Program-made: the position numbers and the translations under genes
Notes under the pieces: model-generated
Databases searched by the model: none
Seen by the model: only the letters and a program-made list of their open reading frames with translations
What the model was told of the DNA's origin: nothing
From: Takakia lepidozioides
Lineage: Eukaryota > Plantae > Bryophyta
DNA: 64,000 bases
Direction of reading: 5' to 3'
Assembly (NCBI GenBank): GCA_030704615.1
Contig: CM060733.1
Location: 5,580,001-5,644,000, forward strand
Shown here: positions 1-10,882 of the stretch, piece after piece
Layout: the number at the start of each line of letters is the position of its first letter
How positions within the stretch are numbered: the stretch's first letter is position 1

Positions 1-1
1 T

Positions 2-2656
2 CCCATTCTTGAGGACCTCCTCAATCCGAGAAAAATCCCCAACCTGATCCATCACCGCCGCCTTGGCTGCCAACTGAACCTCGAGCACCTCCCACGTGTG
101 CCATGGATGCGGCCTGCACCTCGTGGTCCTCACATGCTCGCCCCCACTCGCTGCCTGTACCGTCTCGGTAGGCAGGGAGACCATGAAGGGAAGTGTACCC
201 CGTACTCTGCGCTGCTCAGCCATAGCCAAGCTGATAATCCAGGTCAAGCAATTGAGATCCATTGCTTGCCCCAACACCTGACGACGCAATGCCTCAGAAA
301 GAGATGACACCGCCGTGGTACCAGTGGTAAAACCAATCGCCCGCTCGCGCTCGTCGGCATTGGGCTCCACTAATTGTTGCAACTGGCTATCCCACAAGAG
401 GCCAGGTCCACCATCCCAAAAAGCATGGGATCCTGGGAAGCTGAGCAGTGTAGGTAATGCTGCTTGTGGTTGACCCACCCTGTTGACCACTGCCAAAGGC
501 AAACGGTCATCGTGTCTCACACGTTGAGACTGCCTCCCTGTGTCCAAAATGCTATCCACTGTGAGGTGTGCTGGCCGCTGCACCCCATCAAATGCACGCT
601 TGAGCAGTGCGGGTGGCATCAAGTTAGTCCACCATAGCCGTGGACGATGAGCCCATGACCCCACTGCAGCTGCATCCAGCAACAATGCTGACCCAAGCCA
701 CGACCGGACTTGATGCACACTGGCCATCACCCTGGCTCGAGAATCACCCATCAGTGGCACATTCTCCAAGATGTATACTGGAGATGCAGCTTGATGAAGC
801 TGCAAGTGGCGCAAAACCCGCACCATCTCCCAAAACAGACCCGTCCTCGAGTCTCGCAATCCATTGTCATGCCCGGCTGATGAATGCCCTTGGCAGGGCC
901 AACCTGCCACTACCAGATCAATGGAGCCAACCTGTTCCAAATCCTGCGCCCCCAGCAACGAAATGTCTGCTGGCAAGGCTTGTTGGTATCCACGAACTGT
1001 AGACACTGACAACAAAACATGGTACTGCTGTACCAACTGAGCAAGATGGCGCAGTGAGACGCGTCGTGCAGTCTCATCCCTCTCTACATACAGGTAACGT
1101 CGAACTCGTACACTTGCCTGCAGCACTGCAGCCAATCCAGTGCTGATCCCGCCAAACAAGTCCAGAAGGCATATGCCTTCATCCGGGCACTGCCACACAA
1201 GAGGTGTGGTGTCCAATGGCGACAACTGAGGTGGTCCTGGTGCAATCACCACACTCTCCTCTTCTCCTGACGGTACGAAGGCCTCTACCCAAGCTTGTTG
1301 CACCCGTCCATCAGCAGCCTGCTGCAAATCTTTACTCGTACCCCACAATGGAGTGTGAGCAACCATGGCAGGCAACTCCGCCGTACCATGCATGTCATCC
1401 TGCTCTGCTGGAGGTGACACATCCTCTGCATGGGCATTGCCTTCCAGCAACTCTCCAGGCCAACTAACTGCAGCTGTAAAGGCAGCTAGTGTTGGCATCT
1501 TGCCCCGCTGGGCAGCCGCAATACCCCCAATGAATGTCACAGGGAGTTGTGCACGACGACCATCCCCTGACTGCCATCCAAGCCTGTAGGATGCTGACTC
1601 CTCCCAAAAGTCCAGGGTGAAGCCCATGGGATATAACACTGCCCCACAAATGAGGACATCGTAAGATACCGCGTCTGTCACAATGGCCTTGGCTCGCATC
1701 ACTGAGCCATCTATAGGATGATCCGGCTGCAGTGTAATGGCCAACTCACGCTGTGTCATGCCCCGAGCCTGCTCTGATCCTCCCAGAGATGTCTGTATCT
1801 GGAAAGGACAAGGCTCCATATCCGCCTCTATGAGGCCCAAACCTGCAATAGCAGCTCTGCCCAACATCAGTGGCTGAGCTCCCGAGTCCAACAAGACCCG
1901 CAGTGGTCGGTATTTCTTGCCTGCCGGTCCACTCAAAGAGAAAATGCCATCCTGGTTGTCTAACAAGACAACTCCAGGTGTCACCATGGCGCGCTCAAAG
2001 GCTGGCCTAGCTGGCAGCTCCGTCAACCTGGCAGCTGCAGCTTGCCATGGCGCAGCCGTGGCAGTCTTGACCCTCAAATCCGAGGATCCCTCTGCCACTA
2101 CACCTTCCAGTAACTCCGCAAAAGATGAAGTGACCTCCCCACTCTCACAGAGTGTTGCTGCTAGTCTGAACACTGTAGCTGGTCTTACCCCCGGTGTCGC
2201 AATCATGGTTGCCGAGAATAGTGGGGCTTGACACACAGAGGTGGCTGCCCCCAATAACACACTGGCTGCACTAGCCTTGGTAGCAGGTGTCAGTGATGCA
2301 CGTGTAGCTCTCCCCAATGGCATAGTAACCTCCGCCTCGGTAATAGTCGGGCAAGAACTAGGTGCCATGGATGGCGTCGACACTGTCTCCGCCAATGTGA
2401 ATGATTGAGGAAGCCTCGCCTGACGGCTTACCTCCCCACGCTGTGGCTGTGGATCCAATTCCACCTCTGCACCCCGTGGCTCAGGAACTCGTGCTGCTCC
2501 TCGAGTCACGGCTGCAGCAGACTCCACCTGCTCTAGTGGTAGTGCTGCTTCGCACATGAATCCCATGCCTCCCATATCTCCTCCCTCAGGAACAGGAGGT
2601 GGACCATCCCGCCTGGGAGCCGGTACCACCTGAGCTGTAGCCATCGCAGCGAGCCT
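2..2656 (-). CDS. pol: Pol polyprotein, open to the window edge (~885 codons): linker, retropepsin aspartic protease, C5 cytosine DNA methyltransferase
   Basis: Hand translation gives one frame starting just after TAG 2657-2659: RLAAMATAQVVP...KYRPLRVLLDSGAQPLMLG...YDVLICGAVLYPMGFTLDF...ICLLDLFGGISTG...IEEVLKNG. All motif codons sit at + coordinates = 2 mod 3, and the ORF track lists no terminated ORF in this frame below 2657. Confidence 0.88.
230..1174 (-). other. DNMT3-like C5 cytosine DNA methyltransferase domain within pol
   Basis: Motif I LLDLFGGISTG (D 1160-1162); II YLYVERD; IV DLVVAGWPCQG (catalytic C 893-895); VI YILENV (758-766); VIII AHRPRLWWTNL (RPR 638-646); IX ERERAIGF; X RRQVLGQAM (GQAM 260-271). 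The order is canonical, not permuted. Confidence 0.92.
1560..1990 (-). other. Retropepsin-type aspartic protease domain of pol
   Basis: VLLDSGAQPLMLG catalytic motif, flap-like IQTSLGG and distal YDVLICG (the D.LLG equivalent). Limits are approximate. Confidence 0.8.
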
Positions 2657-2693
2657 CTACTCTAGCTGCTGAAGCCGGTTGGCCATGCCTTGG

Positions 2694-3143
2694 TCAACAC
2701 CCTGACCTCCGCGTCCTTGGCATGTTGAGCTTGCCCTTGGCCTGCACCTCGTGCCTGGCCACCTTGTCCTCTCTAGGCTGGTCCACCTCGCCCCGGCCAC
2801 CATTGTTCCCTTGAAACTGGCCTGGGCGCAACTCAGGATGCAAGTCATAACACTGGGCATCTCCATGCCCATACTTGCCACAATGCCCACACTGCAACTG
2901 TGCAGGCTGTGCTTGTGCCGGCCTTTTGCCACTCTCTGGGCAATCTCTTTTGACATGGGGTCCTCCACATGTCCAACATATCACCCCTGGTTGCTGTTGG
3001 TTTGCAAAAGATGCTACTGGTCTCTGCACCTGAGGTCCCCTGTAAGCTCCATGAAATTTGGATTGGGAAACCTTGCCCCCCTGACCACGCTGTTGGGCAG
3101 TCCCTTGTGCCTGTGGGCTGGCAGCTGCGCCTCGTGCAGGCAT
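2694..3143 (-). CDS. gag: Gag nucleocapsid segment with two CX2CX3-4HX4C zinc knuckles (out of frame with the rest of gag)
   Basis: CWTCGGPHVKRDC and CGHCGKYGHGDAQC in the ORF track translation. Confidence 0.8.
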   Translation of the reverse strand: MPARGAAASPQAQGTAQQRGQGGKVSQSKFHGAYRGPQVQRPVASFANQQQPGVICWTCGGPHVKRDCPESGKRPAQAQPAQLQCGHCGKYGHGDAQCYDLHPELRPGQFQGNNGGRGEVDQPREDKVARHEVQAKGKLNMPRTRRSGC

Positions 3144-4123
3144 GTCTTTGCCAAATCCAATGGTAACAACTCGCTCCTGTTGAGCTCAATCCGCTCAGCC
3201 AGCAGAAACACATCTGCTAATGTGGGTTGGGCTGCTTGTAACAGGGTTGCATCCCGCACCCTTCTCCTGAGCTCCTTGTCCAAAATTCCATACCGGAACT
3301 GGATTGCCTGAGCTTCAGTAACCCCTTGGGTCACACTTATCAAGTGCCTCATACGAGTGTAAGCCTCTCGCAGGCTCTCACTGGGTTTGCGCTGGAAGTC
3401 TTGCAAACTTCGCAGCTTCTCTGTCCGTACACCTTGGTAGTTCCTCCGCAACTCCTGGAAGAGTTCCACCACCGGGTTGAATCTAGGCACATGTGTTGTA
3501 GTCGTGGCAGGAGGAGTAGTAGCACCTTTTGAACTGGTACCACCTACAGAAGTACCACTACTTGTTCCACTACTAGTGCTGGCAGTAGGAGATATTGGTG
3601 CTGATGCAGCTACTGGTCGCGTTGTGCCTCGAGTAATGGAGATGTAGTCAGGTGACCAATACATCCTCCACTCCTCAATCTCTGCTTCATGTCCTCGCCT
3701 GAACTCGTGGTAATCGTCCATAGGCGGGCCTTCCAAATGCTGGAACAGTCCCTTCCACGCCATGAATAGGGTGAACAGTTGTGGATTGCGCATCTGCTGC
3801 AAATCACACCAGCTGTCGAACTCCTGGATAAAGTCATCCAGCTCAATTGTGCCCACAGCTCCAGAGTACCTACGAGGCCCCTTGGTAGCTCCATACATAT
3901 CCTCCATGTCGTCCCACAACAATGGCGAATGAAACTGCACACCTGTTGATGAAGCCTCCGAGTCTGTATCTGACTTTGCACTAGTTGAGGGTGGAGGTGA
4001 AGGTGGTTTGAACCGAATACCTCGTCTTGTGAACCCACTCTCACTGTTACTGCCTATAGCCGTACTCCCCTCAAAATCCTTGGGTAACTCCGTGATGACA
4101 CTCACAATGTGCACCTCCCCCAC
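3014..4123 (-). CDS. gag: Retrotransposon Gag (capsid part); frameshifts near 3170 into the zinc-knuckle frame
   Basis: Contains RYSGAVGTIELDDFIQEFDSW and LRSLQDFQRKPSESLREAYTRMRHL (Q..ES..Y..R major-homology-like region). After IELNR the sensible protein continues in another frame (VVTIGFGKDMPARG...). Confidence 0.8.
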   Translation of the reverse strand: MGEVHIVSVITELPKDFEGSTAIGSNSESGFTRRGIRFKPPSPPPSTSAKSDTDSEASSTGVQFHSPLLWDDMEDMYGATKGPRRYSGAVGTIELDDFIQEFDSWCDLQQMRNPQLFTLFMAWKGLFQHLEGPPMDDYHEFRRGHEAEIEEWRMYWSPDYISITRGTTRPVAASAPISPTASTSSGTSSGTSVGGTSSKGATTPPATTTTHVPRFNPVVELFQELRRNYQGVRTEKLRSLQDFQRKPSESLREAYTRMRHLISVTQGVTEAQAIQFRYGILDKELRRRVRDATLLQAAQPTLADVFLLAERIELNRSELLPLDLAKTCLHEAQLPAHRHKGLPNSVVRGARFPNPNFMELTGDLRCRDQ

Positions 4124-5890
4124 GTCACACTATAAGGCTCTAGTACTAATTCTAATAGTGACACGGGTGGGCACCTGTTGCAATTTAAGGGTCATATCCC
4201 AGTGGCTCAGGGCACCTGCACCTGCATCCACCGCAAGAATTCCTATGGTTGGCTGGTCATCAACCTAGTCTCACCATAGAAGAAACACTGGTGGTCTTGC
4301 TGGTCATCACTCCAGCCTCACCACCGACAGCATACTCTAGGATTGACCGGTGATCAAATCCGGCCTAATCCCTATGAAAGCAAGTGCCCACACAAAACCA
4401 ACATGGCGCACAGTCAAGCATGCATGTGTTGGGGGGGATCCAAACACAAGAAATCAAAACATCAACACCCCCACACCAAAATCCATCTGCAATGCTGATC
4501 CTGCAGAATATCCCAGCCCAAAACCCCGGACTGATTGGCCTCCACCAAGAGAGGCTTTGGCAACTACAAGTACAAAGTAATGAAAATAGTAAAGAGAGGG
4601 AGGGGAAGAATAGAAGCCCCACCAAGCAAGATCTAATCCTGATCTATACTATCAACTGTCAGACTTCTCTCAAAGTGCCTCGCTCTGCATGATGGTAAGG
4701 TGATGGAGGTATATCTATGTCCAGAAACCTTGTCCCAAGCTACAGTAGCTCGCTCTAACCAACCCTCCTCCTTTTTCTGCCAGGTAGAGACAAAACAACA
4801 CTCCCCTATCTCCCGCTTATTGAACACTAAAGAAAATAAAGGTAGGGTCTGACAGTCTCTCAACTCGAAAACTTTGAGATGGTTGCGGGTGTCCTCATTG
4901 CGAATGACTGCATCTCCTTCAAGAAAAACAAACTTGTCATTGCTAATGAACCCCCGCTCGTGGTTGCCTTGTGCAGAGCGTGTCCGGCTGCAACCATGTC
5001 TGATTGCAAGAACTTGTGTGGCTCCTGCTCCTCTGCTCCAGTACACCACGGCCTTGTGGCTGAACACCTTGGTCCCCGGGGCTGTCTTTGGCTGTGTTCC
5101 AAGCCTAGCTTTCACCCACTTTGGTATTTCACCTACAGCTGCAGAACTGCTGGCTCCAACAGAGTTCTGACTGTCCAAAGCAATATTGAAGACCTCAACG
5201 CCAACTACAGCAGTTTGTTGTCTACTGCTAATGCCTGACTCCCAGTATGCAATCAACTCGTCCAACTGCTCTCCACTCAAATCAGTCTGAGTTCCTTGAG
5301 AAACATAAATCTTGTCCCCTTGTGTGCACAGGCTAAGAGAAGAGACATGCCCTTCAATTATGTCCTCATTTCCTCCAGCTATACAAGGAGGACATCCACA
5401 GATTTGTCTTTCATATAGACCAGAACAGGTTCTAGAAACAGAATTGTGGATCTTTCATGGCACACTCACACTCTAAAAATTCCATAGATTTTTAGCAGAG
5501 TCCGAAAAACTAAAACCAGCTTGAGATAGGTAGATTTCCCCTTTCTGCAGCTATCCTCGCAAAAACTGTACCAAACGGAGCTCATATGACAAAGATATGA
5601 CCAATTAGGCTCTAAATCATTCGAATTAGATCAAAAAGGTTTTTTTTTTTTTAACACCAAAACGTTCTCGCCATTAAAAACTGTTCCCAGGTTATCTACG
5701 GGTTCCTGAGGCTGTTCCCCGACTATGCTGACTCCGGGGCTTTGATCCTTCACGCTTGTATCATTCTAAACCAAGTAGCTCCCTGACCCAAGCTCGTATC
5801 AACAGTACACACCTCTGCTCAACAGGCTTAGCAACCCATAGGCTACTTATCCCCAACCTCTACACTCTAGTGAAACAGGATCAGGCCAAG

Positions 5891-6895
5891 ATGAGCAACG
5901 AAGAAGAAGGCTCTGCTCAGCTGAGCCCAATTGAAGAAGACGAAGAGGTCAGTGACATGCACGTCTCCGATGAGCCATACTTCTTTGACGACCAAGTACT
6001 GCAACCCAAGTCCGCCCGAGACCCGATAGAGGTCACCAACGAAGATCCAAGGCCGATTTCTCTCCCCAACAAGGAGCCCCTCTGCCTACAGATCCAGCAT
6101 GCCAGCAGAGGGGGTTCACACCAGCCCCAACCTCAACCGACTTTCCAGCACCATCAACAGTGACGAAGGCAGCTCACACTCCGAACCCAAGAAATCCAGG
6201 GGCCCCCCCTCAAACGAACATCCATCAATTCTCGAAGATACTAACTCCCAGTCCCCGCCGCAACTGTGGATGGGCTATCAGGTCCTCCAATAACATGTGT
6301 TGGACCGGAACTGCTCATAATCAAGGAGATGCAATCCACCGCGGAGCTCCAACAGCTCGGGCTAAAGGCCTCCAAAATCCATGAACTCAGGTACTGCTTG
6401 AAAGCTTTTCCCCACGTACCACAATTATATTTCCCTGCCACTAGACCAGATGGGAAAGATGGGCAGCTGTACCCACTCACCCAGCTTCCAAAAGGCATGA
6501 ACGTCGACCCCGAATCGGGCCTGTCTGCAACACCACATCACATAATCATACGATTTGACAAGGATACAGACATGCCCAAGGAGCATGCTCTATACCGTGC
6601 AAAGAAAAGGTTCACAGATATGAACATCCCCTTGGGGAATATTTTGTACTCCCCAATCACGGCATACACCAAACATGCAAGCAAACTATGGTCAGGGTTA
6701 CTCAAAGTCGAGCTGCTGAACCCCCCGACACAGGTGCTAGGCAGGCTGGTGAGATTCAAGCCACACACGAATAGCTTGAATGGCTTAGCACCCACTGCCG
6801 ACGAAATTCTGGAGCGCCTCCGAGTCGCCAATATAAATCAAGCCCAGCCAGCCCAAACGGGGGATTCCACTGGTCCTTCTCACGCTGCAGCATGA
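5891..6895 (+). pseudogene. Disrupted intronless ORF of unknown function, probably TE-derived
   Basis: Overlapping ORFs 5756-6163, 6099-6293 and 6266-6895 chain by frameshifts. An acidic N-terminus (MSNEEEG...) precedes a globular-looking region (LYPLTQLP...WSGLLKVELLNP), followed by an A-rich, hairpin-rich tail. Confidence 0.4.
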
Positions 6896-7834
6896 GTGCC
6901 CTCATAAACTGAGCACGGCAGGCCTCCTTATCTCCCAGGCTGATTATTGTTGGCTTTGAACTGTTGCAGCAACACTTCAAATGGTTTCCGCCTTCCTGTT
7001 CTGCTCCACTCGGCACACATAGCCAGTCTAACTGCAGGCTGACCAAACTATATTATAATAGTGCTTAAAAACAAAAAACATCATATCTAGCTTAGCACTA
7101 AAAAACTAGATAGCTCATCTCTCTGGAGTGATAGAAAACTAAAAACACACAGTTGACACAAGAAACATGAAAACCAACACCATCACTCTTTAACATAATA
7201 GTCGAGCCAGGGGCACCCCAAGCTATGGGGACTCCACCCCACAACAACCTATTCTCCTTTCATAAACACACTCAGATTTTACATGGTGAAGGAGCTCGAT
7301 CGTGCAGGCTCAACTCGAGAGAGATGAGCCGCACGACTAACGCTCTCGTGAAGATAAGACGGTTCAGGTGTCAAACTAAATTTGACACCTGACTTAACAC
7401 TTGAACTAAATCCAAGTGTTAAATACAAATAACTAGCTTTATTCTAGTTAGTTTCACACTGTGTTTATTTAACTTGATATACAAATCAGCCTCTGGAGTC
7501 TGTCTATGTTGTCGTTGTTGTCGCTCACCGACAATCTCACACCCACACCAAAAGGAACCTTGCAACTTCAAACTCTTACTTAATTATTTTCCTTTCAGGA
7601 ACAAATTCACTTGTTTCTTTACCAAAACATGTGAAATCTGAACTCTTTCACAAAGTGGATGTGATTACAGCAAACCAAGCAACTCTTTGAAGCAAGATGC
7701 TGAAAGAGACTCTTATTTTCTTGAGCAATCCAAAGTTGCGCAACTAGCATTGCACAGATGTTGATGCTCCTCCAATCCCATTTTCTCTTCATTTGTTTAG
7801 CATAAGAGATCATGGTGACCAACCAGTACTAATA

Positions 7835-8075
7835 CCATCCGCAGAAAGCTCAAAGAGCTTATGGGACAAGAAAAGAAGAAACAAGAAAGGGAGAAGGGCC
7901 CTCCACAACCAGCCCACAAGCAACTATTGTTCAAGGGATTGCCAAAGAGTCAACGCCTCATGCGGGTAAGCTTCTGATCCTCATAATGGAAGGACTCCTG
8001 AGAGTGTGGGTATCTAGATAGAATCTCCCACAGTAGAAAGGACAGTGAAAAAGAAGTGTTCTTCACTTTCGATTT
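7835..8075 (-). mobile_element. 3'-terminal remnant of a LINE family (further copies at ~34690-34745 and 36459-36960)
   Basis: Shares GAAAGCTCAxAGAGCTTATGGGAC, ACTATTGxTCAAG, TTCTGATCCTCATA and AAGAAGTGTTCTTCA with 36480-36730. The minus strand reads EEHFF..., like a LINE ORF2 C-terminus. Confidence 0.55.
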
Positions 8076-10882
8076 CTCTATTGTAGAGGGGAGGATCTTA
8101 ACCCATGTACAACCTTCCATTCAGAGACAAGACCAGTGCCTGCCAAAGTGAGGGCAACAAGCATACTTTCCTGATTGGTGGGCCTCCTGCCAGTCATAAA
8201 GAGCCTGTTTTTACCATCACAGTGGGATGAAGAGCATTTCCATTGCCTAAATTAAACTCAGAAACCCTTGCCAAATTGATGAGGCACTCAGCGGAGGCAA
8301 TCTACCTTCAGGCATTAGCGCTCCAAGTGTGCAGTCAGCATGCTTGAACCACTCGGCTACCAATTACAGTTGCCAATCATACCAGACCCATTGTAAGCTT
8401 GGGTGAGCAGAGCTTCACCCCAGTCCAGTTTTCAATGAAGGAAATGACCCCCTCAACTCTATAGCTTGTTTTCCTCGCTTAGCACTCCCAAGGTCTGCCC
8501 TCGCTTCAATTATTTTACAGGTAAAATCACCCCACTTAAGCAAGCCATCAGCCATGGCAATAGGCTGTCTTATCGTCATTTCGCACTCTATCATTTCACG
8601 CCATCCAAACTGGGCGTGGGGTTAGAGCCAGCATTGACAAGAATTTGCGTGTCCACTGTTGTAGGTAGCTCCTTTCTTGAAAGTGCGTATGCCTCATAAA
8701 ATGGCAGCACTTTGGGACACTTTATGAATGTAGTGTGGTCAGTGTGTAGAAGACTTCTCCATCCCTGCCTATAACTATGTCGTGAGCTATTTGAAGCTCT
8801 TCCATGTTATGTGATTCTTCCACCCTATGTAAACGGGCAAAATTTGGGAAGAAAAGTCACCCAAACATTCCCCACTTCTTTGCACCTCACCTGTTGAGCT
8901 CAGAGAACAAACAGAAATGCAACTTCGGTGGATCTCGTTTCACTACGAACATCTTTTTCCCAGAAAACAGACTGTCGTCTTTCGCCGAGTCGATTTTGTC
9001 GCCCAAATGGAAGGGCCCATGCGTTGGGGCAATTCTTCAATCCCAAAATCAGCCAACCTGCCGTCCACCATGCATCTAAAAAGAACACAACCACAGTTAG
9101 AGATTCTCCCTTTCATACAACAGCCTTTCATACAACAGTCCACAATAAGCTCCACACAAACACAGCAACAGGCATGCACAGCCATAGCTCTCTGACATGC
9201 TCCTCCTCCATCCCCACCCCTCCTCACCTTCTCCTTGCTATGAGGCGCACGCAAAGCTAAGTGACAGGAATCCGCCCAAGTCTTCAGCAGCAGCATCTGA
9301 GACAAGACATCTGCCCACATCCTTCAGACTGGCAAGTACAAAGAAAGAGAGCTGCCATAGAGTGGCCAAATGATGCCAAAACAAGAGGAAAGTCGGGCAT
9401 ACAACAAGAAAACAATTTCCAGGACAACCATCTCATTGCACAGTGGAGTGGAAACAAAATTACTAACAGCAGTACAACATTCATTACCAAGTCAATTTCA
9501 AAGGGCATCTTCGCAGTCAACATCTTTACTCAAATGAGTTGTGTCAAACCAGTAGAGCTAGATACCAAGTACCAATGTTCCCTCCATGCATCTTCCCAAC
9601 CCTGTCAAGGAGCCCTGATTCTAAAAAGACTGTCAACATGCGGTTTATGAGATAGTGCATGTAATCCAGACAGACAAGATGATCCTCAGCAACACCAGAA
9701 TGGGGTGTCATTCAACTGCAGACCAAGGACAAAGCGCGGGCACCCTCCATTTGTCCCACTAGAACGAGGGGCAACAGTGCTTTGACAAAAAATTCTTTCT
9801 CAATACAGTCCACAGCTTCCGATTGAACAAAAATTGAATGGAGTTTGTGTCCATAATTCCCTAAAAACAGCTTCATGGTTTGGGAAGGAGGAGGGCAGCA
9901 TGTACAACTACCAAGTTCTCATCGCCATGACCAGCACTGGGGCTGAAGGTACCGAAATGACAGAACATTGGCTTGCTTAGTTCAGCACCTAGCTCCTACC
10001 AAGATTGAAGAATACAGATGGCCGTGTGGGGGAAGAGTTACAAGGGGGCATCACAAACTTGCCACTTTCTCAGTGCGGCAGAGTCCAGGACAAAAAGAAT
10101 CTACGAGATGCCAAAGTGGACCTTAAAGCACAGTCAACAATCTGCCTGTCAGAGTTCTCTTGTTTCCATGTTGTCCAGCGGCGTGTGAGGCGCATTGCCT
10201 CACATAGCATCAGCCATTGTAGAATTGTGGGGATATCTCGGAATTGACCTCCAAAAACAGCCGTTACCCTTCAATAGAGGGACGGCGGAAAAGGCCACTC
10301 AATCTTTCAGCCTACCGTCCTGATGCACCCCACGTGTATCAGGATCCACGGTCAGCAAGTGCAAGAAAGTCCTTGAAATTGCTTGAGCCAAAGCCCCAAA
10401 CGTTGCAATGAACGCCATGCTTCTTTACAGATAGTGTTCTGTCCACATACGATACACACAAGTATCAGTGACAATTCTGCTGTATGCAGCGCTACATACA
10501 AGAGAAGTTCATACTCTAAATTGCTGCCCTCCCGGGTCAAAACAAGGTGGCACACATGGAGCAGCACTTGTTATACCCCTAACCCCCGCCTTCCCCCGAT
10601 CATCCACACACAAGTGACGAGCTCAACTTCGCCTCTTCAGAGAATGCAGAGGCGCATTGCCCTTTGACATGTGTACACAGCGAGGTCCAGCGAGGTCCAG
10701 CCTCGACGAAATAAACTGTACCACATTGCGACATGCAATTCTTGGAACGTCACAGAAAGTTTAGCCATCGTTCAATTCCCTGCTTAAGACCTAAATAGTC
10801 ACCATGAGAAGCAGATACAACATCGCAGCAAAAACTTGTTCCAGTTCGAAATCAAAAGTGCAATTCAGCGAGGGAGCAGTGA

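Larger units (their letters stand above)
1..5750 (-). mobile_element. Ty3/gypsy-type LTR retrotransposon (5' part; continues beyond the left edge) with gag, two CCHC knuckles, aspartic protease and a C5 DNA methyltransferase domain; degenerate copy
   Basis: gag-like ORF 4123->3014; zinc knuckles CWTCGGPHVKRDC and CGHCGKYGHGDAQC (3143->2694 frame); protease motif VLLDSGA (D codon 1886-1888); open pol frame 2656->2. The right boundary is approximate, no LTR was identified, and RT/integrase are not in the window, so the superfamily call rests on gag and protease style. Confidence 0.8.

Noticed and set aside
96-2231. Plus-strand ORFs over the retrotransposon
   Set aside because: They are antisense shadows of the minus-strand pol frame and carry no recognisable motifs.
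8280-8365. tRNA-like sequence on the minus strand (TAGCCGAGTGGTTCAAG A-box)
   Set aside because: No acceptor stem, T-arm or properly spaced B-box; at best a decayed SINE head, not a tRNA gene.
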